Source: Phycisphaerales bacterium (GTDB taxonomy: Bacteria; Planctomycetota; Phycisphaerae; Phycisphaerales; UBA1924). From it: a stretch of 64,000 nucleotides of DNA. The notes under the pieces were generated by a model. That model ran no database searches. It was not told the DNA's origin and worked only from the letters and a program-made list of their open reading frames with translations. Positions 12,227 to 22,480 of the stretch are shown here, piece by piece. Within the stretch, counting starts at the first letter, position 1; each line of letters begins with the position of its first letter. The stretch lies in the NCBI GenBank assembly GCA_965232505.1, contig OZ246976.1, forward strand, positions 1,694,757 to 1,758,756. The letters run 5' to 3'. A program made the position numbers and the translations under genes.

Positions 12227-13336
12227 TTACTTGAGTTCCGTTTGCAGTTCCTGATGGAGCTTCTTTATGTCCTGGGCGCGGTCCTTGGGGATGACTAGTG
12301 TGGCGCGGTCGGTGCGGACGATGATGAGGTCGTCGCATCCGACGAGGGCGATGGTGTGGTCCTTGTCGCTGGCGCCTTCTCCGATGACGATGTTGCCTTT
12401 GGAGTCATGCGATGCGAGGTTGATTCCGATGGTGCGGTTGTCGTCCGCGTCCGGCTTGATGGTCTCGGCGTAGCTCGGCCAGGATCCGACGTCGAGCCAG
12501 GTGATGTCCATTTTGACGCCGACGATGGTGACGTCTTTGGCGGAGTTGGCGGGTTCCATGATCCCGAAGTCCACGGAGGTTTTTTCGAGGCGCGGATAGA
12601 TGTCGTCGAGGACCTGCTGTTGGTGGTCGGTGCCCCACGCGTCGATCAGCGCGTCGATGTGCTCCGCGTTGGTGGGCATGTAGCGGCGGTAGAGATCGAG
12701 GAAGGTCTTGGCGTGGAATACAAACATCCCGGCGTTCCAGTCGTAGCGTCCTGAAGCGAGGTACGCTTCCGCTTTTTCGAGCGGTGGTTTTTCGACGAAG
12801 CGGGAGACTTCGAAGGCTTGGCCTTCGGTGCCTTCGATTGCTCTGCCCTGCTCGATGTAGCCGTATCCGGTGGCGGGGTGGTCTGGTTTGATCCCGAAGG
12901 TGACGAGGCGCGAGGGGTCTTCCTCGACGAGCTTGTATCCGAGGTCCATGGATTGGTTGAACACGTCCGCGGGCTCGATGAGTTGGTCTGCGGTGAGGAC
13001 GGAGAACACGGCGTCGGGGTCTTCTTTGGAGAACACAGCGGCCGCGAACGCGACGGCGTTGACGGTGTCGCGTGGTTGGGGCTCTCCGAGGATGCGGTCC
13101 TTGGTGAAGGTGGTGAGCGATGCGAGGATCTGATCGGTGTAGCGTGCGCCGGTGCAGATGTATTGTCTGTCCTGCGGGACGAGGCCTTCGAGACGATCCG
13201 CGGCGAGTTTGAGGAGCGAGGCACGCGAGCCGTCGGGCTGGTGGATGAAGTCGATGAGTTGCTTGGGTTGTCCGTCGCGGGACATCGGCCAGAGTCTGGT
13301 GCCGGAGCCGCCGGCCATGATCATCGCGTAACGCAT
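12227..13336 (-). CDS. manC: Mannose-1-phosphate guanylyltransferase (nucleotidyltransferase domain only)
   Basis: N-terminal MIMAGGSGTRLWPMSR signature, GYGYIE, and a left-handed helix-like C-terminus. No cupin/isomerase domain. Confidence 0.88.
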   Translation of the reverse strand: MRYAMIMAGGSGTRLWPMSRDGQPKQLIDFIHQPDGSRASLLKLAADRLEGLVPQDRQYICTGARYTDQILASLTTFTKDRILGEPQPRDTVNAVAFAAAVFSKEDPDAVFSVLTADQLIEPADVFNQSMDLGYKLVEEDPSRLVTFGIKPDHPATGYGYIEQGRAIEGTEGQAFEVSRFVEKPPLEKAEAYLASGRYDWNAGMFVFHAKTFLDLYRRYMPTNAEHIDALIDAWGTDHQQQVLDDIYPRLEKTSVDFGIMEPANSAKDVTIVGVKMDITWLDVGSWPSYAETIKPDADDNRTIGINLASHDSKGNIVIGEGASDKDHTIALVGCDDLIIVRTDRATLVIPKDRAQDIKKLHQELQTELK

Positions 13337-13369
13337 AGTGGGGATTCCTTGGGAGGACGATCGGATGGA

Positions 13370-14041
13370 TTACCCGCCCGCGAAGACGGCTTGGACAATG
13401 GTATCTGTATCGGCGTCCTGACCTGTGCGGGACAGCGCGATCTCGACCTTTCTCGCGGCTTCTGGGCGTGTTTCTCCCAGAGACATGAGGGCCGCGACGG
13501 CTTCAGCGGCGGGTCCGGAGCTGAAGGTGGGCTCGATCAGCGATCGGGATTGGGTAGTGCCTTGGATGATCGCGTCTCCGGCGAACTGTTCGACCTTCCC
13601 GGTGAGTTCGGCGATGATGGTCTCGGCGGTGCGTTTGCCGATCTCTGGGAGCTTGGTGAGTGATTTGGCGTCTTTGGTGATGATGAAGGACGCGATGGTG
13701 GAGGGGGGCTCGGTGAGGGCTCGAAGTGCTTTTTTGGTCCCGACGCCTTTGACGGAGGTGAAGGTCTCGAAGAAGGCGCGTTCGTCGGCGGATCCGAATC
13801 CGATGAGGCGCGGTATGAAGCTGGTGCCTTGTCCCTGTGCTTCCAGGAGCGTGCGGGTGTGGAGGGTGATGGTGGTGCCGAGCTTGGGTTCGAGGGTGTC
13901 GGCGAGGTAGACAGGGATGAGTGCTTCGATCGCGAGGCCTTCGATGAATCCGGCGGCGGAACCACCCCCCGGAACGAGGGTGGCGATGGGGATCGACTGG
14001 CGGCTGATGGATTCGAGCGTTGCGGACAAGCGGGTGATCAT
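13370..14041 (-). CDS. ruvA: Holliday junction branch migration complex subunit RuvA
   Basis: MITRLSATLE..., HhH region FETFTSVKGVGTKKALRAL...LTKLPEIGKRTAETII. The start was chosen at the internal ATG (14039-14041). Confidence 0.88.
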   Translation of the reverse strand: MITRLSATLESISRQSIPIATLVPGGGSAAGFIEGLAIEALIPVYLADTLEPKLGTTITLHTRTLLEAQGQGTSFIPRLIGFGSADERAFFETFTSVKGVGTKKALRALTEPPSTIASFIITKDAKSLTKLPEIGKRTAETIIAELTGKVEQFAGDAIIQGTTQSRSLIEPTFSSGPAAEAVAALMSLGETRPEAARKVEIALSRTGQDADTDTIVQAVFAGG

Positions 14042-14130
14042 GACCTGAGCATACACGCGATCGGGCGGGTTCGTGGGCGGATCGGATGATTTGGTGGCTG
14101 AGTGGACGCGAGTTGGTCGATAGATGATCC

Positions 14131-15651
14131 ATGGCACCACGCACGTTGATCATCGGGACGCCCGAGAGCGCTGATTTACTGTCCAGACAGGTCGCGATGG
14201 TCGCGGACCCTCCGGAGCTGATCGGGGTGGTCTTGGTCGATGGTGATCCTGGGATCAAGTCCATCAACGGATTGAGCGTGCTGGGACCGATCGAGGCGAT
14301 CGGAGCGGTCTGCAGCGCGGCGGGGGTTGCGCAGGGGATCGTGTCGCTCCCGGCGGCGTATCGGGATCAATGGCGCTCGATCAGCACGGAGCTGCGGAGG
14401 TCGGGGGTGATCGAGCGGTTCGTGACTCCGATGGACGAGCTGCTCAACAGCGCCCCGGCGGTGGGTGAGCAAGCGAGCGTGCAGCTGAGCAACACGAAGA
14501 TTGATCTTGGGAAACTCGTCGGACGACAAGCGCACAGCATCGATCGTGATCTGGTGGGTGAGAACATTACCGACAAGTGCGTGCTCGTGACCGGCGCGGG
14601 TGGGTCGATCGGATCGGAACTGGTCAAGCAGATCGCGAGCTTTGGGCCGAGAAGGATCGTGCTGATGGAGCGCTCGGAGAACGCGCTTTTCGGCGTTGAT
14701 CGCTGGCTCAAAGAAATCCATCCGGAGATTGAGCGTGTCGCGATTCTTCATGATGTGGTTGATTCGGCTACGACGCTCTCGCATCTGGAGCGCTGGGGTC
14801 CGGAGGTGGTGTTGCACGCGGCGGCGCACAAGCATGTGCCTTTGATGGAGGATCATCCGTCGCACGCGGTGACGAACAATGTGTTTGGGACCAAGTCGAT
14901 CGCGGACGCGTGCGTGGCGACTGGTGTGGATCGGTTTGTTTTGATTTCGTCGGATAAAGCCGTGAATCCGGTGAATGTGATGGGAGCGACGAAGCGGATC
15001 GCGGAGATGTACACGCAGTCGCTCGCGGCGCAGGTCGAGTCGATTCCCGGCAGCGACACCAAGCTGAGCATGGTGCGGTTCGGGAATGTGCTCGGATCCG
15101 CGTGCAGCGTGCTTGAGATCTGGGCGGATCAGATCAGTGCGGGAAGACCAATTACCGTGACCGACGAGCGGATGACGCGGTACTTCATGACGATCCCGGA
15201 AGCGGCGACGCTTGTTTTGCAAGCGGGATCGATGAGCGGGTTTGACACGTTTGGTGGGGGCGAGGTGTTTGTGCTTGATATGGGAGAGCCGATCAATATC
15301 TTCACGCTGGCGCAGCGGTTTGTGCGCGCGTGCGGGTACTCGCCGGTGATCGGCGAACCGGCGGGGGGTGTGGGTCCCGCGGAGGTCCCGATTATCCTGA
15401 CAGGCTCGCGTCCGGGCGAGAAGCTCCACGAGCAGCTGAGCTACGACGCGGAAGAACTGACCAAGACGGCGCATCCAGGGATCGCAAGATTTAATGAGGA
15501 CGATGCGTGGTTCATCGATTCGATGGACGAGCTGATCGCTCGGCTTGATGAGGCACGGACCTCGACGTCGCGTCAGGAAGTGATCCGCGCGATCGCTTCG
15601 ATGATCCCGACGATGAACATCAAGTCCGCCGGCGTGGTGTCCGCGGCGTGA
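14131..15651 (+). CDS. Polysaccharide biosynthesis protein, CapD/PglF/WbpM-type NDP-sugar 4,6-dehydratase/epimerase
   Basis: VLVTGAGGSIGSEL Rossmann motif, ISSDKAVNPVNVMGATKR (catalytic region), FGNVLGS. Confidence 0.88.
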   Translation: MAPRTLIIGTPESADLLSRQVAMVADPPELIGVVLVDGDPGIKSINGLSVLGPIEAIGAVCSAAGVAQGIVSLPAAYRDQWRSISTELRRSGVIERFVTPMDELLNSAPAVGEQASVQLSNTKIDLGKLVGRQAHSIDRDLVGENITDKCVLVTGAGGSIGSELVKQIASFGPRRIVLMERSENALFGVDRWLKEIHPEIERVAILHDVVDSATTLSHLERWGPEVVLHAAAHKHVPLMEDHPSHAVTNNVFGTKSIADACVATGVDRFVLISSDKAVNPVNVMGATKRIAEMYTQSLAAQVESIPGSDTKLSMVRFGNVLGSACSVLEIWADQISAGRPITVTDERMTRYFMTIPEAATLVLQAGSMSGFDTFGGGEVFVLDMGEPINIFTLAQRFVRACGYSPVIGEPAGGVGPAEVPIILTGSRPGEKLHEQLSYDAEELTKTAHPGIARFNEDDAWFIDSMDELIARLDEARTSTSRQEVIRAIASMIPTMNIKSAGVVSAA

Positions 15652-16124
15652 GTTCACGACAAGGAACAGTTGAGCTGATCAAGGTGCAGCGGGCGCATCT
15701 AGAGGTGTTCTTCCAAAATCAGCAGGACACGGAGGCGAACGATCTCGCGAAGGTCTTCCCGCGCGATCGCGATGACTTTGAGGCGCACTGGGGGCGGATC
15801 ATGGATGATCGGGAGACCATCGCGCGTTCGATTGTCTATGAGGGCGAGGTGGTCGGGAACATCAACGCGTTCTGGGTCGAGTCTGAGATGAATGTGGGGT
15901 ACTGGATCGAAAAGGTGCACTGGGGCAAGGGGATCGCGACGAGGGCGCTTCGGGGATTGCTTGAGATCGTGGAGACTCGGCCGATCATCGCGCGCGTTGC
16001 GATGGGGAATGCTGGGTCGATCCGCGTGCTCGAATCCAACGGCTTCGTGAAGATCGCGGAGGAGGATTCTCCAGGGACGGATCGGTACGCGGCGTGCCGA
16101 GAAGGGGTGTTCCGGTTGGACTGA
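15648..16124 (+). CDS. GNAT family N-acetyltransferase
   Basis: RimJ/RimL-like pattern with WGKGIATRALRGLL acetyl-CoA binding region. The GTG start overlaps the capD-like stop by 4 nt. Confidence 0.8.
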   Translation: MSSRQGTVELIKVQRAHLEVFFQNQQDTEANDLAKVFPRDRDDFEAHWGRIMDDRETIARSIVYEGEVVGNINAFWVESEMNVGYWIEKVHWGKGIATRALRGLLEIVETRPIIARVAMGNAGSIRVLESNGFVKIAEEDSPGTDRYAACREGVFRLD

Positions 16125-16207
16125 GAGCAGTGATTACGAGTCAGAATCGTGGTTTTTGTGCATATATTCGGGATATCCTTGGCACAATCAGATTCCTTAC
16201 AAAACGA

Positions 16208-16236
16208 TTGACAGTCTGGGTTGTGTTTGGTAGGAT
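16208..16236 (+). promoter_or_regulatory. Putative sigma70-type promoter giving a leaderless or near-leaderless comM-like transcript
   Basis: TTGACA (16208-16213), then a 17-nt spacer, then TAGGAT (16231-16236). The ATG at 16243 lies only 6 nt downstream of the -10 hexamer. Confidence 0.4.
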
Positions 16237-16242
16237 GCGCGT

Positions 16243-17826
16243 ATGGTTCCCAAAGTACGCAGCTTCATCTTGTCGGGTATTGACGCTCAGGTGTGCGAGA
16301 TCGAGATCGATCTCGACGACACGCAACTCCAGAAGGAGACTGTGGTGGGTCTTCCTGACGCGGCGGTTCGTGAGTCGCTTGAGCGCGTGCGATCCGCGAT
16401 GGGGAACTCGGGATATCCGATGCCTCGCGGGAGGACGCTGATTAATCTGGCACCGGCGCATGTGCGGAAGGAAGGTCCGGCGTATGACCTCCCGATCGCG
16501 GTGGGGGTGCTCATCGCGCAGGGGGTGATCCAGCAGCGCGTGCCGGCGGGAGTCGGTGGTGGTAGCGGGTGGACTGGTGGAGTGGGTGAGTCGTCGGAGG
16601 AACTGTTTGGATTGGATCCGAGGTCGGTATTGATCGCGGGGGAGCTCGCGCTTGATGGGCGCGTGCGTCCGATCCGAGGGGTGATCGCGATGACCTCGCT
16701 CGCTAAGTCACTCGGGCTGGATGCGGTGATTGTTCCCGATGCGAATGCGCCGGAGGCGGCGGTGGTTGACGGGGTGCGCGTGTTCGGGGTGTCGTCGCTG
16801 GCGCAGGTGGTGGGGTTGTTCAATGGTGGCCTTGAGCTTGAACCGACGCCGGCGGTGGATGTGGCGTCGATGCTTGAGTCGTCGCGCGCCAGCGTGGACT
16901 TTGGGGAGATTAAGGGGCAGGAGTCGGTCAAGCGGGCGCTCGTCATCGCGGCGGCGGGGCAGCACAACATCGTGATGCTCGGACCTGCGGGGACTGGGAA
17001 GACGATGATGGCCAAGGCGCTGCCTGGGATTCTGCCGCCATTGACTCCGGAGGAAGCGATCGAGGTGACGCGGATCTATTCGTCCGCGGGCGAGCTTGAG
17101 GCGGGGCGTGGTTTGATTTCGAGTCGTCCGGTGCGCACGCCGCATCACACGGCGAGCAGTCCCGCGATTGTGGGGGGTGGGATTGTGCCAAGAGCGGGGG
17201 AGATCTCGCTGGCGCATCATGGGGTGTTGTTTCTGGATGAGCTTCCGGAGTTTCCGCGGAGAGTGCTCGAGACGATGCGGCAGCCGCTTGAGGATCGGGT
17301 GGTGACGATCGCGCGGGCGCACGGGTCGGTGAAGTTTCCGGCATCGTTTATGCTGGTGGCGGCGATGAATCCGACCCCGCGTGGTGACGTCGCGCCTGGA
17401 GAAGTGGGGCAGCAGGAGATGGATCGGTACTTGTCGCGGATCAGTGGGCCGTTGATGGATCGGATCGATCTGCATGTCGAAGCACCGGCGGTGCCTTGGA
17501 AAGAACTGAGCGGGAAGGCGACGGGTCCAACGACGGCGCAGATGGCGGAGCAGGTGCTCGGCGCTCGATCGATGATGCGGAATAGGCAGGGTGCGACGGT
17601 GAACTCGGTCCTGCGCGGACGTGAGCTCGACGAGATGATGTCGCTGAGTGAGTCGGCGCAGATCCTGCTTGAGCAAGCGATGACGCAGCTTGGACTGAGC
17701 GCCCGCGGATATGACAAGGTTCGGCGCGTCGCACGCACGATCGCGGATGTATCGGGGAGCCGAGACGTGCTCCCGGAGCATGTCGGCGAGGCGGTGCAGT
17801 ATCGATTGCTGGATCGGCGCGTCTGA
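16243..17826 (+). CDS. comM: Mg-chelatase-like AAA+ protein YifB/ComM family
   Basis: Lon-protease-like N-domain, GPAGTGKTMMA Walker A, GVLFLDELPEF Walker B, and a ChlI-type C-terminal domain. Confidence 0.9.
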   Translation: MVPKVRSFILSGIDAQVCEIEIDLDDTQLQKETVVGLPDAAVRESLERVRSAMGNSGYPMPRGRTLINLAPAHVRKEGPAYDLPIAVGVLIAQGVIQQRVPAGVGGGSGWTGGVGESSEELFGLDPRSVLIAGELALDGRVRPIRGVIAMTSLAKSLGLDAVIVPDANAPEAAVVDGVRVFGVSSLAQVVGLFNGGLELEPTPAVDVASMLESSRASVDFGEIKGQESVKRALVIAAAGQHNIVMLGPAGTGKTMMAKALPGILPPLTPEEAIEVTRIYSSAGELEAGRGLISSRPVRTPHHTASSPAIVGGGIVPRAGEISLAHHGVLFLDELPEFPRRVLETMRQPLEDRVVTIARAHGSVKFPASFMLVAAMNPTPRGDVAPGEVGQQEMDRYLSRISGPLMDRIDLHVEAPAVPWKELSGKATGPTTAQMAEQVLGARSMMRNRQGATVNSVLRGRELDEMMSLSESAQILLEQAMTQLGLSARGYDKVRRVARTIADVSGSRDVLPEHVGEAVQYRLLDRRV

Positions 17827-17925
17827 TTTGCTCGGACGAACGGGGAAAGTGTCCCTATCGTGTTGCTCTTCTGATGATCTGCTTTGACGGGAGCGGATCT
17901 GAATTACATATCAAGGAGCGCGTCG

Positions 17926-19959
17926 ATGGTTCTTCCTGCTTGGGTCCGAGTCTTCTCTTTCGTCTTTGTGGTGCTGTGTGGTTCGCTGTTGAGCGGATGC
18001 AGCGGCGGTGAATTCTTCCGCAAGGACTCGCGCAATGCTGTGATGACCAACTCGGTCGGGGCGATCGACGAGAACTACCGCCGAGCGGGAGGAGAGGGCG
18101 GCGACAACATCTTCCGCGCGATCGATCTCCCGACCCCAAACGATCAACGGCTCGGATCGGGAGCGCCGGGACCAGACTACTGGCAGCAGCGGTGCGATTA
18201 CACCATCGACGCGACGCTCGATACGGAGAGCGATTCGGTGCGTGCGTCGATGACGATCCGGTACACCAACAACTCGCCTCATGAGCTTGAGTACATATGG
18301 ATGAATCTTGAGCAGAATCTGTTCCAGCTTGATTCGACGGGTTCGCAGTCGCGCACGCCGGGTTCGGTGATGAAGATGCTGGAGTACGACTTCGATGGTG
18401 GGTACTCGATCAGCAATCTCGCGGCTTCGGGTCAGGCGATGGAGATGAAGGTCTATGACACGCTCGGGAAGATTGATCTGGATCAGCCGATCATGCCGGG
18501 GCAGGTGTTCGTGTTCTCGTTTGACTTTGAGTTCAAGGTTCCTCCAGCGCTGCGACGGATGGGGATGGAGACTGTTGAGGACGGGAAGATTTATGAGCTG
18601 GCGCAGTGGTTCCCGCAGGTGTGCAAGTACGACGATGTGAACGGTTGGAACACGCTGCCCTACTTGGGGTCCGGCGAGTTCTACACGGACTTCGGGGATT
18701 ACCAGGTCTCGATCACGGTGCCGAGGAGTTACCTGGTTTCCGCATCGGGGTTGCACACCAATGAATCGGAAGTCCTGACACAGACGCAGCGTGATCGGTT
18801 GGCGCAAGCGGACGCGAGCGATGAGCCGATCTGGATCGTGACCAAGGACGAGATCGGGAGCGATGCGATCCGTCCTGCTGGTGATGGTCCGATGACGTGG
18901 GAGTTTGAGATCCAGAACGCGCGGACTTTCGCGTGGGCCGCGAGCGATGCGTTTATGTGGGACGCGTGTCGTGCGACGATCACGGATGAGAACGGCATGG
19001 AGACAGCCGTGCGTTGTCAGTCGTTGTTCCCGGTCGAGGCGGAGGTCTGGGGCAACGACGACGAGGACGGCGGATCGACTCGGTACATCAAGCACTCGAT
19101 CGAGTACTACTCGGATTGGTTGTCGCCGTATCCGTATCCGGTGATGAGCAATATCAATGGTCCTGAGGGTGGGATGGAGTATCCGGGGATTATCTTCTGC
19201 GGCTCGCGGACGAATCCGGAGGGGTTGTTCGGTGTGACGGATCACGAGATCGGTCACATCTGGTTCCCGATGATTGTGAACTCTGATGAGCGCCGTTACA
19301 TGTGGCAGGACGAGGGGTTCAATACTTTTATCAACATCTACTCGAAGGCGGCGTGGTACGGCAAGAAGCCGGACATCAAGCGGCACATGGAGCAGACGGC
19401 TGAGTTGTGTTCTTCGATTCATCAGCAGCCGATCGTGACGAATCCGGATCGGGCTTGGCCTCGCTGGGTTGGGCGGTTGATGTATCGCAAGACGGGGTAC
19501 GGGTTGTACCTGCTGCGTGAGTTCATTTTGGGACGCGAGCGGTTTGATGATGCGTTTGCGCAGTACATCGAGTGGTGGTCGTTCAAGCATCCGCAGCCGA
19601 GCGATTTCTTCCGGACGATTGAGGACGCGGCGGGGACGGATCTCGCATGGTTCTGGCGCGGATGGTTCCTTGAGCCGACGGCTTTGGATCTTGCGGTCGT
19701 TGAGGTGGCGCAGGAAGAGGGGAATGCCGCGATCGTGGTGATCGATTCGCTGGGAGATATGGTGATGCCTGTCCCAATGCAGATCATATATACCGACGGG
19801 ACGGCGGAGAGCAGAACGCTTCCGGTGCAGGTCTGGCACACGACCACGCGATGGAATGCGGGGATCACGACTGATGGCAGGCGGATCGATTCGGTGACGA
19901 TCGATCCGGACAAGTTGCTCCCTGATGTTGATCGCAGCAATAACCGCTGGGAGCGCTAA
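17926..19959 (+). CDS. M1 family zinc metallopeptidase (aminopeptidase N-like) lipoprotein
   Basis: HEIGHIWF...WQDEGF (HExxH-x18-E) and GMEYPG exopeptidase-like motif. Lipobox LLSGC in MVLPAWVRVFSFVFVVLCGSLLSGC. AGGAG lies 8 nt upstream of the ATG at 17926. Confidence 0.88.
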   Translation: MVLPAWVRVFSFVFVVLCGSLLSGCSGGEFFRKDSRNAVMTNSVGAIDENYRRAGGEGGDNIFRAIDLPTPNDQRLGSGAPGPDYWQQRCDYTIDATLDTESDSVRASMTIRYTNNSPHELEYIWMNLEQNLFQLDSTGSQSRTPGSVMKMLEYDFDGGYSISNLAASGQAMEMKVYDTLGKIDLDQPIMPGQVFVFSFDFEFKVPPALRRMGMETVEDGKIYELAQWFPQVCKYDDVNGWNTLPYLGSGEFYTDFGDYQVSITVPRSYLVSASGLHTNESEVLTQTQRDRLAQADASDEPIWIVTKDEIGSDAIRPAGDGPMTWEFEIQNARTFAWAASDAFMWDACRATITDENGMETAVRCQSLFPVEAEVWGNDDEDGGSTRYIKHSIEYYSDWLSPYPYPVMSNINGPEGGMEYPGIIFCGSRTNPEGLFGVTDHEIGHIWFPMIVNSDERRYMWQDEGFNTFINIYSKAAWYGKKPDIKRHMEQTAELCSSIHQQPIVTNPDRAWPRWVGRLMYRKTGYGLYLLREFILGRERFDDAFAQYIEWWSFKHPQPSDFFRTIEDAAGTDLAWFWRGWFLEPTALDLAVVEVAQEEGNAAIVVIDSLGDMVMPVPMQIIYTDGTAESRTLPVQVWHTTTRWNAGITTDGRRIDSVTIDPDKLLPDVDRSNNRWER

Positions 19960-20011
19960 GAACGATTGAGTTGCGTGCAACCTTTGGGTACGCAATTGTC
20001 TACACTCGCTT

Positions 20012-21577
20012 GTGTACCAAGCGCAGCTGACGAAGAAATACCTGACGAGCAAGCTGATGCCCATCCTCGCGATGCTGGCGGTGATGCTGTCTGTCGCGAC
20101 GATCCTGATCACGTGGTCGGTGATGGGGGGGTTCCTCAAAACGCTGGTGAACTCGGGGAGATCGCTGATCGGCGATGTCACGGTGTCGTGGCCCAACGTG
20201 GGGTTTGCGCACTATGAGGAGCTGATCGCGATGCTCGAGGAGGACGAGCTGGTGCAGGGGGCGACGCCGATTATCGAGACGTTCGGGTTGATCCAGCTTC
20301 CGGACGATCGGATCGAGCTGATCACGATCAAGGGGATCGATGTCGAGAGCTACAACCGCGTGACGACGTACGAGGACACGATCTGGTGGAAGCCGATCGA
20401 TGAACCCACGGCGAAGGACAAGGACGCGTCTGATGTGAGGCTTGAGCCTGAGTTCAAGCAGGCGATGGAGATGTTCCGCTCCAACGCGATGACGCTGACG
20501 AGACTGAATCCAGAATCGGGGATCACGGAGCAGGCGGGGGTGCTGGGCGTCGAGGTGACAGGGCTCAACGTCCGCACGCACGACGGGATTTACGATCCGC
20601 GTCAGTTCGGGTTCCGCGCGCTTCCAAGCGGCGGGGTTGAACGTGTGCCTGGATTCATGCCCGCGGGTGGTTCGGTGGGATTGACGGTGCTGTCGCTGGA
20701 CTCGACGGGCAAGCCCGTGGATCCGGTGACGCGGACGATCCCGATTGCCAACGAGTTCCAGTCGGGGATCTATGAGATTGATACGTCGACGATCTTTGTG
20801 CCTTTGGACGTGATGCAGGAGATGCTGCGTCTGGACGAGGCGCGGAAGGTCGAGGTGGTTGAGAATCCGTTTGCGACGGAGATCGATCCCGAGACTGGGA
20901 AGCTGCGTCCAAAGCGGAGCGAGGTCGTGGGGATCGATCCGGCGCGTGTGACGACGCTGCTGGTCAAGGCAGAAGACGGCGCGGTGCTCAGCGAGGTCCG
21001 CGATCGGGTGTATGCGATCTATCAGGAGTTTGAGGAGAAGCACACTGGTGAGGTCCCGAGCTCGTTCTCGATGGATAACCAGGTGCGCACGTGGGAAGAG
21101 ATGAACGCGACGATGATCAACGCGGTCAAGAAGGAGACCGGCTTGGTGCTGTTTATCTTCGGGATCGTCTCGTTTACCAGCGTGTTCCTCGTGCTTGCGA
21201 TCTTCTGGTCGATGGTCAGCGAGAAGACGAAGGACATCGGGATACTCAGGGCTCTGGGCGCTTCGACTCCCGGCGTCGCGTGGCTGTGGATCCGCTACGG
21301 CACGGCGATCGGGCTCATCGGCGCGACGGTCGGGACGGCTCTCGGAGTGCTGGTCGTGCGGAACATTAACGCGATCCATGATTGGCTCGGAGCGACGTTC
21401 AACCTCGTGATCTGGGATCCGCGGACGTACTACTTCATCGAGATCCCGCACGAGGTGGAGATCTCCAAAGCGATCATCGTGTTTGTGGTCGGCGTGCTGA
21501 CCTGCGTTCTTGGTTCGCTCATCCCGGCGTTCCGATCCGCTCGCATGGATCCTGTCAAAGCGTTGAGGTTTGAATAG
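20012..21577 (+). CDS. ABC transporter permease, FtsX/LolC/LolE family with large periplasmic domain
   Basis: GTG start. N-terminal TM followed by a long extracytoplasmic domain and a C-terminal FtsX 3-TM module (ILRALGAS...MDPVKALRFE). Confidence 0.85.
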   Translation: MYQAQLTKKYLTSKLMPILAMLAVMLSVATILITWSVMGGFLKTLVNSGRSLIGDVTVSWPNVGFAHYEELIAMLEEDELVQGATPIIETFGLIQLPDDRIELITIKGIDVESYNRVTTYEDTIWWKPIDEPTAKDKDASDVRLEPEFKQAMEMFRSNAMTLTRLNPESGITEQAGVLGVEVTGLNVRTHDGIYDPRQFGFRALPSGGVERVPGFMPAGGSVGLTVLSLDSTGKPVDPVTRTIPIANEFQSGIYEIDTSTIFVPLDVMQEMLRLDEARKVEVVENPFATEIDPETGKLRPKRSEVVGIDPARVTTLLVKAEDGAVLSEVRDRVYAIYQEFEEKHTGEVPSSFSMDNQVRTWEEMNATMINAVKKETGLVLFIFGIVSFTSVFLVLAIFWSMVSEKTKDIGILRALGASTPGVAWLWIRYGTAIGLIGATVGTALGVLVVRNINAIHDWLGATFNLVIWDPRTYYFIEIPHEVEISKAIIVFVVGVLTCVLGSLIPAFRSARMDPVKALRFE

Positions 21578-22323
21578 TGCACCCCCAAAGTGATCAAACC
21601 CCAATCCTCGAGGTCAAGAGCGTTCGCAAGACGTACAAGCTTGGGCGCGTCAAGGTCCCTGTTCTGCACGGCGTGGACCTCACAGTTCATCACAAGGAAT
21701 GGATCACGATCCTCGGCGCTTCGGGATCTGGCAAGAGCACGCTCATGCATCTGATCGGTGGACTCGATCGCCCGGACAAGTATCCAGAAGATCCCGCATC
21801 CATCGTCTACGGCGATCGCGTGATCACCAAGCTCGGCGCCAAAGCATTGGATCGGTACCGCTCGACGGAAGTGGGGTTCGTGTTCCAGTTCTATCACCTG
21901 CTCCCGGAGCTTGATGTGCTGGGGAACGTGTGTATCGGCGCGATGATCCGACACGGGCGATGGGGGTATGTCTCCAATCGCAGAGCCGTGGAGAAACGTG
22001 CCAAGGAACTCCTCGAGCGGTTCGGACTCAGCGACCGCATCAAGCATCGTCCGGCGGAACTATCGGGAGGCGAGCGCCAGCGCGTCGCGATTGCGCGGGC
22101 GCTGATCAATGAGCCGGCGCTGCTGCTTGCGGATGAACCAACGGGGAACCTGGATCTCAAGACGGGCGAGTCGATTCTGGAAGTGCTCGCGGAGCTGCAG
22201 CGTGATTCGGGATTGACGATGGTCATGGTGACACACGACGAGCGGATCGCGGCTCGCGCTGATCGCGTGATCCGTCTGATTGATGGACGCGTGGTCGAGC
22301 AGATGGGCTCTGAGAGCGTGTGA
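21577..22323 (+). CDS. ABC transporter ATP-binding protein (LolD/MacB-type)
   Basis: GASGSGKSTL Walker A, LSGGERQRVAIARAL signature, LLLADEPTGNLD Walker B. Confidence 0.92.
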   Translation: MHPQSDQTPILEVKSVRKTYKLGRVKVPVLHGVDLTVHHKEWITILGASGSGKSTLMHLIGGLDRPDKYPEDPASIVYGDRVITKLGAKALDRYRSTEVGFVFQFYHLLPELDVLGNVCIGAMIRHGRWGYVSNRRAVEKRAKELLERFGLSDRIKHRPAELSGGERQRVAIARALINEPALLLADEPTGNLDLKTGESILEVLAELQRDSGLTMVMVTHDERIAARADRVIRLIDGRVVEQMGSESV

Positions 22324-22480
22324 GCGGCGGCTGGGGCGACTGATTCTGGACTTTTTGGTTGGAATCTCATGGCTTGGGTTCTACGATTGAATGACAAAGC
22401 AAGTGTTTCCTAACAATGGAACATGCGCGTGATCGTCCGTCGGTACGGAGTGATTCGTCTTTGTCAGTGGAGAACATGCT

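Noticed and set aside
12201-12338. N-terminal extensions offered by the ORF track for ruvX (to 12338). The same applies to ruvA (to 14140), nfsA-like (to 46689), the propeller (to 50891), the PEP-CTERM gene (to 51702), the pseudopilin (to 49488), GT2 (to 60402) and gyrB (to 3840).
   Set aside because: The extensions are R/P/S-rich, overlap neighbouring genes or the riboswitch, and precede obvious native N-termini or signal peptides.
17911-20196. 761-aa ORF antisense to the M1 peptidase gene
   Set aside because: The sequence is extremely Arg/Pro/His-rich with no motifs. It lies opposite a gene with clear HExxH-E peptidase motifs. This is a typical high-GC antisense open frame.
20000-21604. 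534-aa minus-strand ORF opposite the LolE-like permease. Similar shadow ORFs occur at 14176-15657, 22367-23401, 23305-25005, 26228-27709, 41166-42386 and 52784-53701.
   Set aside because: All are R/H/P-rich and lack motifs. Each overlaps a confidently identified gene on the other strand.
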